Both the position numbers and the translations under genes were made by a program. Positions 26,830 through 40,967 of a stretch of DNA of 64,000 nucleotides are shown here, piece by piece. Within the stretch, counting starts at the first letter, position 1. The number at the start of each line of letters is the position of its first letter. The notes under the pieces were generated by a model that did no database searches, was not told the DNA's origin, and was given only the letters and a program-made list of their open reading frames with translations. The stretch is from positions 34,224,001 to 34,288,000 of the forward strand of contig OX597824.1 of NCBI GenBank assembly GCA_951406725.2. Direction: 5' to 3'. Origin of the DNA: Octopus vulgaris. Its lineage: Eukaryota.

Positions 26830-28144
26830 TATATATATTTATAAATGGCAATTTCTATCTGTCCGTCTGTTACCGACTTAGTGCCTAAACCACCAAACCA
26901 ATATTCATGAAACTTTGCATACATGTGACACTAACATCCAGTTCAATAATAGGCTAATTGGATTTCGATAAAAATCTATAATGTGCTTCTCCCAGGGGCA
27001 TTGGGCAAATTATATGCTAAAATGAGAAGGTTATAAAAAGTATAAATCTGAGGTAGTAACAGTGAGAAGGCGACTTATATAAGTGAAGGTGAGAATGGGA
27101 TGATGACGTTAATAAAGCTGTCGTATACACACCACGCATACATACTTTTGTAAATACATAGATACAACACACACAAAGGTGGGTGTGAGGAATACATAGC
27201 TCTAAGGAGAGGGGGTAGTTGGCTTTTCTGCTGTCCATCGCAAAGAAAACACACACACACACAACATATATATACATACATGTCTACTATACACTATTTT
27301 AAATGTGTGATCACCTGTGTGTACATTTGTATGTGTGTGTGTGTGTCATGTCCTATAACTGTCTGTCTCTATTTTCATAGGGTCTTCCCTGTTGCTGTCA
27401 CATGAGATTTTAAAATTATGTCAAAATTTTCAAATTTAGTATACTGAAATAATTTTCCACATTAAATCCAATTTTGTTATTTATTTGTTCCTAACATCCA
27501 GTTGAATTATAGGCAAACTGGATTTCAATAAAAATCTATAATGGGCCCCCTGTGGGGTACTGTAGTATGTTTACAAATCAATTATGATAAGTGACAACAC
27601 CAGCTACAATACATAGACTATTTATCTAATTATCTAATTTATTTTACTTAGATGCATATTCATTTGTTAAAATGATACAAGGACATTCCTTATTCACCTA
27701 CTAATCGAATTAATAGTTTGTAATACCTATTTTTAGCAATAAACGATTTGTTGGGCATATGGACAGAATCTGAACAGGAAACAATAGGACATGGAACAGT
27801 GTAATGGTAAACAGGAACTGGGAATAACCCCCACTTTCCAGTTATTACTAGTCAACTCATTTATTTTACTCAGATGCATATTTTTTTCTTAAAATAATAT
27901 AGGAACATTCCTTATTCACCCACTAATCATACTAATAGTTTGTAATACCTATTTTTGGCAATAAACTATTACCATAAAGGTTATTAAAATATTTAATGGC
28001 TTAATTACACCTAACTGATTCTAAAATTTATATAGTGACTTAGCAATGGGAACTGAACAAGAAACAGGATAGGATGTGAAAGAGTGTAATGGGAACTAGA
28101 AATAATACCCTGCTTTTCTGGGTATTACCAGGTAATTCAGCTAA
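26830..28144 (+). mobile_element. Non-autonomous Helitron-like insertion with internal duplications
   Basis: 5' end TATAAATGGCAATTTCTATCTGTCCGTCTG resembles the 5' end of the 9865-10238 element; 3' end CTGG-GTATTA-CCAG hairpin then CAGCTAA|T (decayed CTAG). Confidence 0.6.
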
Positions 28145-28373
28145 TGTATGTATATATTTGTGTGGAAGTGTCTGTATTTGTCCTGCCAACCATAGCTTGA
28201 CAACTGATGCTGGTGTGTTTATGTCCCTGTAATTTAGTGGTTCAGCAAAAGAGACTGATAGAGTAAGTACTAGGCTTACAAAGAATAAGTCATGGGGTCA
28301 TTTCTTCAACTAAAAACCCTTTAAGGCAGTGCTCCAGCATGACCAGTCAAATGTCTGAAATGAGTATATAAAT

Positions 28374-28780
28374 GTATCATCATTATCATCATCATTTAAT
28401 GTCTGTTTTCCATGCTAGGTTGGGTTGGACGGTTCGACTGGGGTCCGGGAAGCCAGTAGGCTGCACCAAGCTCCAGTCTGATCTGGCAGTGTTTCTACAG
28501 CTGGATGCCCTTCCTAACGCCAACCACTCCGTGAGTGTAGTGGGTGCTTTTTACGTGCCACCCGCACAAGGGCCAGAGGAGGCTGGTGCTTTTTACGTGT
28601 CACCAACACGGAAGCCAGTCATGCGGCACTGGATTCAGCCATGTTTGGATGGTGCTTTTTACGTGCCACCAGCATGGGTATCTTAACTACAATTTCCATT
28701 TGATATTTATTTTGTAGTTAAGATACCCGTGCCAGTGACATGTAAAAATCACCATCCGAATGTGACTGATGCCAGTGCCG
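28374..28780 (-). mobile_element. RTE-type 3' tail element
   Basis: (CAT)n then the same 3' sequence as 9055-9290, with repeated GGTGCTTTTTACGTGCCACC units; another copy at 50314-50660. Confidence 0.8.
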
Positions 28781-29944
28781 CCTATACAATTATAGCCTGT
28801 GAGTACAAATTTACAGCTTCACCTCGATTTGTGAAGTTAATGTGCAGGTTAACATTGGTAGCTAAAACCATGAAAATGTACAAGATCCAAAAAGATATTT
28901 TTCTGATGATCAAGTTTTTGATATGTCTAGCACAATATTTTAGTAATCAATAATGAAAGGAGTGGAGGTGAATGGTACAGAATTTGCTAGTTTAACCCTT
29001 TTAGATTATCTGGCCAAAATATTCTACCTGTTTTATGTTCAAACCAGCCAGATCTGGCCTCTTACACTTACCCTACAATATCATTCTAAAAATAAGCAAT
29101 CACATCATTGAAATCTTGAAGCTACAAGATAATGCAGAATTACATGAAAACAATGAGAATAAATAAGCTTTATATTTGACAGAATAATCTGAACTTGTAG
29201 GACTTGTGAATATTTCATGGAATTAATGGTAAACTTATTGGGTTATTTCTGAAAACTTTATCCAAGAAACCTGAAAGTCATTCATTTGCTAAACATTGAA
29301 AAGTGAAGGAAATTGGGATATGATGATTACTTTGCACTTTATATATACGCACTATATATTATATACACAATTTTATAGACTTAATATACAACACTTTCAC
29401 TCTTCACCTATCCTCTTTTTCACTCTCCTTTTTCTTTCACTATTTGCCTTTCCCCTCAACTAATCACGTGAAAGCGTTACAGATGGGCTAAGTAAGGGAG
29501 GGGAAAAACTTATTTTAAAAAATTACACATTTCACTCACCACCACCTCTCCCTCCCTTCTCCTCCACCATCCTTCTACTATCCACCTTCATCCCCTTCAA
29601 CTAATCTCACATGGAAGCATTATTGATGGGCAAAGTAACAGAGGAACAAGCAGAATTATAAGATATTAAAGGGTTAAAGGCAAAGGAACTCTAGTTGAAG
29701 TGGTAGAAAAAAAACTTCAGAGAAAATAAAGTGCAATGTGTTAGTAATGGTATGTTAAAGAGTGGTGGCTTACTAATCAGTAGGGAGGTTAGATATCTTG
29801 AATGTAAGAGTGTAGCAGCACTGTAATCTGAGTGATTGGCTTACAGTTGAAGTGGTTTGGAAGTGGCCTAGAAATGTATTGAAAAAGCATCGGAGATTGT
29901 GTGGCTTGGGGAGGGGAATTATTTATCTTTTGCTTATTTGTCAT

Positions 29945-30127
29945 TATACTCTGGCCAAGCTGGGGCACCACCTTGAAGAATTTTTAGTTGAAAGAATTGA
30001 TTTGAGTACCTTTTTATTTTTCTCTTTTATGTATTCTATCAGTCTCTTTTGCTGAATTGCTAAGTTACAGGGATGTAAACATACTAACACCAGTTGTTCA
30101 AGTGATGGTGTGAGACAAACTGGGACA

Positions 30128-30174
<47 letters not shown>

Positions 30175-30320
30175 CAACTGGGTTTTTTTCAGTTTCTATC
30201 TGCCAAATCTACATACAAGACTGGTCCGCCCAAAGTTATAGTAGAAGACACTTGCCCAAGGTACCACGCTAAGACTAAATCCAGAACCATTTGGTTGGGA
30301 AGCAAACTTTTTGCCACTCA
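29945..30320 (-). mobile_element. SINE family A
   Basis: Homologous to 32260-32659, with a central (CA)n(TA)n tract. Confidence 0.75.
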
Positions 30321-30407
30321 ATTAAAATTTTCTTTTTCTGTTTTTTGTGTGATCATTAGTAGAAATTCCTACTATACCTACTGAAATATTAATGATTGAA
30401 TAAATAT

Positions 30408-30707
30408 TTATTTATTTATGTGCCCTTTTCAAGCTTAGCCAGGCTCATGGGCCTGGTTTCCTGGTTTCTGTGGCGTATGTGTTCTCCCCAGCTGGACGGG
30501 ACACCAGTCCATCGCAGCATTACCCAAGAAACAGGAAGAAAGAGTGAGAGAAAGTTCAGGCGAAAGAGTACAACAGGGGTCGCCACCCCCCCTGCCAGAG
30601 ACTCGTGTAACTTTAGGTGTTTTCGCTCAATAAACACACACAATGCCCAGTCTGGGAATCGAAACCACGAGTCTGCTGCCCTAACTACTGGGCCATTGCG
30701 CCTCCAC
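30408..30707 (-). mobile_element. tRNA-derived SINE (distinct family) with a 13-bp TSD
   Basis: TSD ATTGAATAAATAT at 30395-30407 and 30708-30720; A-box TGGCCCAGTAG, B-box GTTTCGATTCC, GCGATGGACTGGTGTCCCGTCCAG motif, (TAAA)n tail. Confidence 0.85.
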
Positions 30708-32259
30708 ATTGAATAAATATATTAAACTGTAAATAGCTCAGTAAATTTGCTTATTGTAATGTATGTACATAAAGTGTGATACATCTGTTGCATATAACAG
30801 ATTCTTATGCAGCTGGGTGGCATTTTTATGCAACCCCATTGGATGTTCATTCACTATTCTCATTTATTTGTAATAACAGATTTCATATTAGCATGCAGTC
30901 AGCTGTGAGTACATGCTACAGACTATGCCCAATGTTGCAGAAATGTGTATCTAGCATACCCCACTAGATGCTGCCAGGATGGTTTTTGTTTCTTTTTGTG
31001 TTCCTTTCTGCGGAAGAGCGTAGGCTCAAAACATTAAAGACTTTTTCAATTCCCGAGCGTTATACACCATCTGTCTTCGTCTTTTGTGAATTCTCCCTAT
31101 ATATATATGTGTGTGTGTATGTATGTATGTATATATACGACGCTTATTTCAGTTTCTGTCTACCAAATCCACTCAAAGGCTTTGGCTGACCTGAGGAGAA
31201 TAGAAGACATTTGCTCAAGGTGCCACACTAGAACTGAACTTGGAACTGTATGGTTAGGAAGCAAACTTCTAACCACACAGCCAAACCTGTATCTACATTA
31301 TGTATGATACACAGCTAGCTATTTTAATCTAATATTATTGCTGTTGCATATAACAGATGAAACTGTATAGTTGTAATAGTTTAATCTGACTAGAAATTGT
31401 GCAGTGTTATGTTTGATGTATTGTTTTAGTGCCATTGAGGGTCATCTGCTTTTCATGTTATTCATGGTTGGAGAATGTTTTCAAGGTCATTATTCATGGG
31501 AGCAGGACATGAAAATCTAGACACCAGCTTCTTGAAGTTACTATGTTTTATAAAACTATATTGTGAAATCTTAATAGTGAAAATGGTGCCAAAGTACATG
31601 ATCAGGTTACAACGTACTTTAAACAGCAACATTTTTCCATTTCTCCTATCTCACTAATCCTTTTTTGAGAGAAATAATTCTAAGTAATGCCAATTTATTT
31701 AACAAAGAATTTTTCTTTGAGATAGGTTACAGGTTTTTTTTAAACTAGAATAAAATATGTTAAAATTTATTTTTATAACACTGAAGGAATAAATTCTATT
31801 GAGAACAAGGCTTACAAAGCAATTCAATAAATTCTCTGATATCATTTGGTCCACTTATATTCTCTTCTGATTTGTAAATAAGTCAAAAGTACAGTAGATT
31901 TACCATCTGATGTCAAGAATCATTTGAAGTGCTTGTATGTAATGTTTCCAAAATCGCTGAACTCTGCTTTAATACTGAACGCCAAGCTTAATATTGATGT
32001 CCTGTGTGTTTTACCCCCTGAGACTGATGACACAGATTTCCTGCCAAGACTTCTGTTGAGTAAGCTGAAGTCCTAATACTTGGTTTTCATTTGCATGTCC
32101 TTCACATTCTTCCGTTTTGCTTTGAAATAGAGCAATGGCCTACTAAGCAAACATCAGACATTTGATATTTTCATGTACAGAATTATTTGCTCGGATATTC
32201 TTGACTTCGCCCATATACATTATATGCTTACCTCATCCAGTCAATGTTTTGATTCTACA

Positions 32260-32659
32260 GGCGTAGGAGTGGCTGTGTGGTAAGTAGCCTGCTTACCAAC
32301 CACACGGTTCCGGGTTCAGTCCCACTGTGTGGCACCTTGGGCAAGTGTCTTCTACTATAGCCTCGGGCCGACCAAAGCCTTGTGAGTGGATTTGGTAGAC
32401 GGAAACTGAAAGAAGCCCATCGTATATATGTATATATATTTGTATGTCTGTGTTTGTTCCCCAACATCACTTGACAACCGATGCTGGTATGTTTACGTCC
32501 CCGTTACTTAGCGGTTCGGCAAAAGAGACCGATAGAATAAGTACTAGGCTTACAAAGAATAAGATCTGGGGTCGATTTGCTCGACTAAAAGGCGGTGCTC
32601 CAGCATGGCCGCAGTCAAATGACTGAAACAAGTAAAAAAAGAAGAAAAAAAAGAAAGAA
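32260..32659 (+). mobile_element. SINE family A, full length, young-looking
   Basis: A-box TGGCTGTGTGG, B-box GGTTCAGTCCC, CORE-like CCTTGGGCAAGTGTCTTC, central (TA)n, A-rich tail; many copies in the window. Confidence 0.9.
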
Positions 32660-33559
32660 CAGATAGCATATTGCTGTTTCTAATCCTATTAAGCTATGAA
32701 AATGGCAAAGATGACAGCTGTCAAGACTTTATTCTTTACAATGTTCAATCTTTTGTCTTAACACTTCATCACCACTTAAGCTTGAAGAATATCTGTCAAT
32801 TGTTGCAGTTCTGCTCTCTGTTGTAACAGGTTGCTGACTGAAGTTAACAGAGGTTTCATGCAGGAGATGCTATTATAAGCTCAGCCTAGTCTTTCACAAT
32901 GCTCTTAAAATCAATCAACCATACTGACAGCTTACGTTAATCATGACTAATTAGTTTTGTATTCAATTCATTGCTGTATAACAAATATGCTTCATATATG
33001 CTGGTCCATGTTTCAGACTGTGATGCAATCTATAATATACATCAATATCATCATCCCTCAGACAATATTGTCTCAAGTCATCCCCTCCCTAATGAATGAG
33101 ACCCCAGTCTGTTGCACAGTTACTCGTTTACAGCTGAGTGAACTAGTGCAACATGAAACAAAGTGTTTTGCTTAACAACACAACACGCCACTCTGGTCTA
33201 GGAATCGAAACCATGATCTTGCAATCATGAGGGCAACACCCTAACCACTAGGCCATGTGCCTATCATGTACCCTCCCATCCACTTTTATATCAGGGATTT
33301 CTATTTTTTTTTTTTGTTTTTAAATTTATCTCTCAACTCAGACATGTTATTAGTAATGATGAAAAACAGTAGATCATTGAGGTTCCTGCTCTCAACCATT
33401 TGTACATTATACATCTATCTATATATATATATATATATATTGTATGCTTGTAAAACATATTTTTTTGTACGTCTTATGTTTAGTTCATCTAGCTCAATGT
33501 CTCTCTTATACATTCTTCCAACTTAATCTACTACTCTCTAAATTGTTGCAGTTTTTCCA

Positions 33560-34400
33560 ACAATCTTTCATTTTCTGTTGAAGATATCTACTTCATGTCA
33601 TCACTCACCAGTCATCATCTTGGGTGACTTCAATATACACAACACCTGCTTCTCACACAATAATTTGGCTATTGCACAGGTTGAATCTCCCATATCCTGA
33701 CTGACACACCAACACCACAATTACCTCTGAACTCTTTTCTCACCTCCAAATCCAGCCACCACTAACTCTGTGTCTGTTACAGCACTACCCAATCAAGGCA
33801 ACAGGTCTTACAATATAGAATGCACTACTATTTCAAGTTACCCCATGACCCAACTGAAACAACTATGCAATGAACTGAAAACATCCCTTTTGGCATGTTC
33901 TTTCACTTACCTCACACAACTAAAGCACCTGCAACAGTACAGGTCAAAAAATTATTGTCTACAACACCTGTACAAAATGACCCACCACTGCAAAACTATC
34001 TGCAGAAAAGCAAATGTTTTTATGCATTGCACAGTTAAATTTACAAGCTTTCTAGATTCCTAAATCACAGCAATGCCTTCTAATCACTTACCAAGAGAGT
34101 TTCTATCATATTTGCAGAATACTCCTGTATACCATTCCTCAAACTCAACACTATTAGAAGCACTCTCACTGAAAACGTTTCTTCATTAACTACCTGTTTT
34201 GCTTCTAATAGTATCCTGGACATACTCATCAAACTCACCTGTACCCTCTCTGTTTCACTATCATGAACGCACAATAGCTATGTATGAACCCCTAAGCTCC
34301 CACCACCTGTCCCTCAGAAGTTTCTGCTCACAACTACACCATTGTAACAAATTTTGGTCAGTTTTCCTTCAATCCAAAGTTTGATTCTCTCCACCACACT
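33560..34400 (+). mobile_element. Highly decayed LINE fragment (APE endonuclease remnant)
   Basis: GTCATCATCTTGGGTGACTTCAATATACAC = VIILGDFNIH motif within C/A-rich sequence; no open frame. Confidence 0.45.
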
Positions 34401-35649
34401 CTTCCAATGATCTATTTGTCATTTCTATTCAGATGATGACCACCCTTCAATCTTCAATGTTCTGTATGCAAATATCATCTACATACAACATAACACTAGA
34501 CCAAAATTACCTCTACGAGGTAACAGACACTGAAAGGACAACTTTTTATAAAAATTCTAAGACCCAGTCATTACATATATCAAGCAAACTCTTAAAAATA
34601 TCAGTTTCTATACATAAACAATACACAGTTAAAACCCATACAGTTGGTACAAATGTGAGGCTTCCCATTCTCTGACAATATCTTTTGATCATCTCACAAA
34701 CATAACATTGTCGAATTGTATCACAAAAACAAGGATTCCTTTATATGTAACAGTATATATCCAGCCTTTAATCAGTTCAAAATATATAAAGCTTGAATAA
34801 GATGGTACTGCTGCTGCTGCTACACACAGAAACATCCAATAAGTCCATGTGATAGATTAGTAAATACTCCCTAACAAACTTCAGCTACTCTAGCTCACAG
34901 ATATTTCTTTTCTTTACCCTTTTGTATTGTTACTACAATAGTCTCTTAACAGCTCCTTATATTTGGCAAATACCAGGAGCTGGTAGAGCATTGAAGAAAC
35001 TAAGGCTGGCAGGTATGTTGCAAGGCAGCTGAAGTGGCTACCAGGTTATTGGTGACATTAACTCTGGGCTATAAAGATGAAGGCCATAAAGTTCATTACT
35101 ATTGCTGTTGAGAAGACCACTAGGTGACTTTGGATAAAAAGGGCAGACTAGTGGTTTACTGTTACTGGGATGCAAGCTAGGTCCTCATCAATCCCAGCTG
35201 GGTCAACTGGATTAAGGGATTTGATGTTGAAAACTCTGAGAACCCTGAAACATTATTGATGGTACATCCCAGAGTATCTGTGAGATGTATCTAAAAAACA
35301 AACTATAGCCTCTTAACTAATTCCTGCACTCTACTTCCACTCAAACTCACCAAAATATACCCATATTTTCTCCCCTATTCACTTCTAGTGTACATCCCCA
35401 TCAGATTTAGGGCACTAAAACTAAACCACTCTGTGATCCTTTGTAAGAATTAGGTAGAAATATTCATTTTGTTGGCCTCTGACCCAATACAGTATCAGTA
35501 ACATGATTTGAATTACAGGTTACTGTGTTTGTTGTTTGACACAAAATTCTCAAACAGTTTAACAATTGGGACAGTGTTCAGTAATGTAATCTAGACATTG
35601 ATACTTACAAAGTTACAGTACAGATGTAAATTAAGTATCTGAGAATCTT

Positions 35650-36260
35650 GAGAAGGCAATATAGGCCGAGGGTGTCTTGGCATCACTCAGCAAGACTTTT
35701 GTTAGCCGCTCTCCAGCCATCTATTTAAAACTGTATACAGCTATGGTACGACCACACTTGGAATTCGCATCATCAGTTTGGAACCCCTATCTTGCTCAGA
35801 ACATTGACCTCCTGGAATCTGTCCAGAGACGTGCAACCAAACGCATACCCTCCATCAGACACCTACTATATTCTGAGCGCCTTGTTTCCCTGGGCATGGA
35901 TTCACTGAAGCTCCAGCGTCTGGCGACGGACTTGGTAAACACCCACAAAGTTATCAACCACCTCACCAACAACAACACTGAATAGCTTTTTGATCTCCAT
36001 GTGTCTAATACATGTGGACATGCCTACAAAGTCAGAAAACAACACAGCTCCCATGACTTTCGGAAACATTTTTTCACGCTCAGAGTTGCTGAAGCATGGA
36101 ATAAACTGCCTGTGTCAGTTGTTGACTGCCATGACACTGCATCCTTTAAGGCCCTCATGCTTTCTGAAATCCGCCGAAACTACACCTGATTATATATACA
36201 CTTTAGATGAGTTGTAGTGCACCTGAGCACTGTACACAATTATTATTATTATTATTATTA
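35650..36260 (+). mobile_element. CR1-clade LINE 3' end
   Basis: LYTAMVRPHLEFASSVWNPY...LESVQRRATK...YSERL; RKHFFTLRVAEAWNKLP; (TTA)n tail. Confidence 0.9.
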
Positions 36261-37789
36261 TACTCTTGGTATATAGGTTCTTCTGAGGGCAAATCTACAG
36301 ACCATTTATGTCCAACTGGATAAAACACTGAAATTGAAGTAGTAGCCAGCGCTACTACCTCAGTTTTTTTTCCAATCAGTTGTATGCTTCTCTCTTTTCT
36401 TCTTTCAAGGAATATCCTCTCGATAAAGGTGCAATTTAGTTACATTTTCATCAAAACTCTAACTGAACACTTTTGAAACAGAAACCCGAACTGATGTAAT
36501 TGCAGAAAAATTGCTTCAATGATGGCATCAAAAATTATCCTTCTCAGTTTCGGAGTCATTTATTTCATTCCAAAATGGTAAACCAATGTAATGTCATTCA
36601 AAGATATGTATATTTGTCTTTCAAATTGATATTACACACTTACCAGATAAGGTTCTCTTTAGCTTTTCTTTTCTTTCACTTTTGAACCTTTTTATGAAAC
36701 TTTGCAACAATGATGATAACATTTTATAATCATATTTCTAAGTAAACAATGTGAAATGACTTCACCATATAAGAATTAGTTTCCATTACAAATTATGAAA
36801 TTTCTATGACATAAAACAGAAACTATTGGATACAATTGAGCTATTAATAACACAAAAACAATAAAATGCTTTACTAGTTATGGTATTATTATATGCTTCT
36901 GATGCAAATTTCCTTTAATATCTCAGCAGCTAACATTACATCAACCACTTAACACATATTCAGTTGCCTTACAAACTTAAATATCACAACTTTTGAAATA
37001 ATTACGTAATAGGTTAGAAAGATGCATTGCTTTTACTTCACTGCTATTCTGATTAGAATTCATCAGACAGAGTCTCTTAGAATTAGGAGACAAAGTCATC
37101 TTTTAGAAATTATTTTTCAGAGTGTAAGCTCTTAACTATTTACAGATTTGATTTAAGTGAAAAACTTTCTTGTTATACTTCCATACCTCACAGCTCTCTC
37201 TCTGTCTCTGTTTCTGTCTCTTTCTTCTCTCTCTCACACACACACACACTTATTCATTTTGTTTTCTCTCCCCCACTCAATTTTCACCAACAATCCTTCT
37301 TTCTTTCTCACTTAATGACTTACACATCCTTAAAAGTAAATAATATTTTCTAAATTTATATTTTCTTAAAAAAAACATCTCAAATTAGATATTTCTATAT
37401 AACTTTTACTTATTTCACACATAATGGTAAAAAAATAAGGCCTGTCCAAATTAATATTCTATTTATTAAAATACAACATTTCACTACAGAAACTCAATTT
37501 AAACATTTAACAGAAGGAAAGAAAATGGTCATATTTTCAGCATAATTTTATTCAAAGATATCAATATTTGAAAATTATCAAAATGTCATTCTTGAGTGCA
37601 TTACTTTGCGTCTTATCCCATATTTGTGACAGTATGCATCTACTTTTTTGCTATTTGCAAGAATTTTTATATTACATTTCCTACAAGATCAGTATACCAA
37701 AGTTATTAGCAGTGGAATGAGGCCAAACATGAAGAATGCTGAGACAAGAATACATGCACATGCACACAGACATTAATAACTAACTCAAA

Positions 37790-38419
37790 ATGATATATAT
37801 ATGTGTGTATATTTTTCCATATATACATTAAGCATAAACAGACATGTGTATGTATGTGTGTATATATATATATATATACACACCTTATGTATGTGTGCAT
37901 GCATATATGCATACAGATATATATATATATATATATTTTCAGGCTTGGTATTACAAACAGGATAGACAGAACTCAAAGCATGAGTGTATGTGTATGTATG
38001 TATGTGTGTATGTATATACATATATATATATATTTTTTAATTGCCAAAAGTTACAAAGTGATTCAAGGACCAAAAGCTTTGTGCTTGGCCCTTGAGTTAC
38101 ATTGCTGCTTCTGCCAATCAAAGACAATATATATATATACATTCACACACACACACACACATACGCATGCATGCATATGCGTTGATTTGCAAGAAGCAGA
38201 AATTTCATGCCATCACTATGCCAGGATAGAGGTTTAGTGATCAATTAGACATGAAATTTTAGATCACGACATAGTGAAGCATCACATTGACTTTCCAGCT
38301 ACTAAATAAATAAAATCTATAACCTACTGAGGTACTTGTTTCCTGTCAAGATCCCACCACATACATACACATATATATATTATACTACATGTATGTATAC
38401 ATTTTATATATATATATAT

Positions 38420-38460
<41 letters not shown>

Positions 38461-38651
38461 CATACATTCCTTGTTTCTTTCTGTGGAAGAGCATAGGCTC
38501 GAAACGTTAAAGACTTTTTCACTTCCCAAGCGTTATACTAATACATGTGTCTCTTTCTACACCACTTGTCTTCATCTTTTGTTTTTTTGTGAACTCTCCC
38601 TATATATATATATATATATATATAGATATATACATATATACATACATACAT

Positions 38652-38696
<45 letters not shown>

Positions 38697-38830
38697 CATA
38701 TATACATATGTATACATATATATATACATATATATACATACATATATACATATGTATACATATATATATACATATATATATATATATTCAAACTGTATAA
38801 CACACACTCACACACATACATATATAGTTA
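37790..38830. repeat. (TA)/(CA) compound microsatellite field
   Basis: Seen directly. Confidence 0.9.
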
Positions 38831-38929
38831 ATAAATTCTATGGTATACTGTTGCACAGCATGTGCATGTATATATGCTATCAAATAGCCTGGAGGATCCC
38901 TAGAGGTGGTAGATATCTTGCGTTATCTA

Positions 38930-40450
38930 GGTGACCTAATTAGCATTGGTGGAGGATGTTCTCAAAGCATAGTTGCCTGAGTAAGAACAGGGTGGAGAAA
39001 GTTCAGGCAACTATTACCTCTGTTAGCAACAAAAGGTTTCTCTCTCATAGTGAAAGACAGACTGTATGATGCTTGTGTATAAACTGCAATGTTACATGGC
39101 AGTGAGATGTTGGCACTGAGTGTGGAGGCCTTAAGAAGATTAGAAAGAAATGAAGCATGCATGCTCTGCTGGATGTGCAACAACAGTGTGCATGATTGAT
39201 GGGATACAAATGTGTCAAGAGAAAAGCTGAGCATAAGAGAAATCAGATTTAGTGTGCAAGAGAGAAGACTGTTTAAGCATGTGAATTGTATGACTGAAAA
39301 TAGATGGAACCCAATGAAAGTGGAAGACCCAGTAAGATGTAGGATGAGGTGACAAAGGCTGATCTCAGGACACTGAGACTCTCAGAAGAGATGACAAAGA
39401 ACTGAGATGATTGGCAAAATGCAGTGCTCAAGAAAACCTGCCCAGCCACATTAGCATGTCATGATTGAGGCTTTAAAAGCATAATGTCTATGCACACACT
39501 ACACACAAGTGAGTCCCTGCCAAATCTACAAATCCTGCTTATTCTTCCCCTCCCCTTTTCCTTCCACCACTCAGAGAAAGGGTTCTCTCCCCTGAGCCAC
39601 ATTCACCTCACATCCCTTCCTTATTCTCACCATCAATCACACCTTTTTACACTTATTTATACCTATCTCTCACTCTCCACTGTCTTTCAAACTTTAACCC
39701 AACCCTTCGTTATCCTATCACTCTCCTGTCTACTGAAGTGTTCTGCTACTGAAAGAAATACAGTATGGTACTGTATATACCACCAGAACCTATAACTATA
39801 TACAATATCTTCATCTTTATACAGACACCACTCCCTCTTGTCTGTGCTACTCCAAATCAGCATCCATTCCTCATTCTTATCATCCTTCACCCTCTTCTCT
39901 ACTCCTCCTCTACATATATCTGACAACCTCCACCCCATGTCTGTATTCATTTCTCATTTACAACCTTACCCAACCACCCATCCTTATTTTTCTGTATCCA
40001 CACTCTCTCTTATACATCTCTTGGACATGTTATCATTAAATTTACTTTCTGGCACTTCATCGCCACCATATTTACTCTTCTTTTTGTTTCACTCCAGCTT
40101 CCTCCATCAACCCATGTAAAATGCAGAGCAGCCATGAATCTCCTCCACAACCACAAACCTGTCCCTGCTCCACACACCATTATTTAACCCTTTAACATTT
40201 AAAACAGCCACCTATTTCCTATCCAGCCTTTCAGTTGATGGGAATCATTAGTCTTGCAGGTTACAAGGTGACCTCAGTAGTGCTGGTGCCATGAAAAAAT
40301 GTACACTGTAAAGTGGTTAGCATTAGGAAGGGCATCCAGTTAAAATTGGGACACTGGAGCCAGATATGGTACAGTGACCAACTGGAACTTGTCATAATGT
40401 CCAACCCATGCCAGTATGGAAAGCTGACATAAAATGATGAAGATGATGAT
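38930..40450 (+). mobile_element. Decayed RTE LINE 3' portion (RT C-terminus, pyrimidine-rich UTR, GAT tail)
   Basis: GWRKFRQLLPLL..LYDACV..MLHGSE..RRLERNEACML; the same layout recurs at 52570-53985. Confidence 0.75.
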
Positions 40451-40859
40451 GATTTTATATATATACATATATATATATAATCATTCCACTTTTTCATACT
40501 TGCAGAAAGAATTCGTTGAGGCATATTTTCTACAGCCTCGCACCCTTCCTGTCATACCAGTTTCCAAGCAAGGAAATATTTGCTCATAACTGGGCATGTT
40601 TTCATAGAAGAGTGGAACTGAATGACACTGCATGCATAACAGTGACTCTTGTTTACACTTATCATGTGATGTCAAGTCAATGATGTATGCATGCATATAT
40701 ACATATATTTATGACAAGCTTCTTTAAGTTCCCTAAAATGGGTGTTAAGTTAAGAAATTATGTTTTCTCAGTATTCTGTATGCTTTATGCTCTATGAATC
40801 TATGTGTTTATCTTTCTGAATATATGGAGATATATGTGTCTATGTGTATCTATATATAT

Positions 40860-40915
40860 GTAGATATTAAACAAGCCTAACTGTGTTTATTTATATCACT
40901 ATCCCTCATCTTTCT

Positions 40916-40967
<52 letters not shown>

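Noticed and set aside
32260-32335. tRNA-like sequence with A and B boxes
   Set aside because: It is a SINE head continuous with a multicopy SINE body, and no intact cloverleaf is evident.
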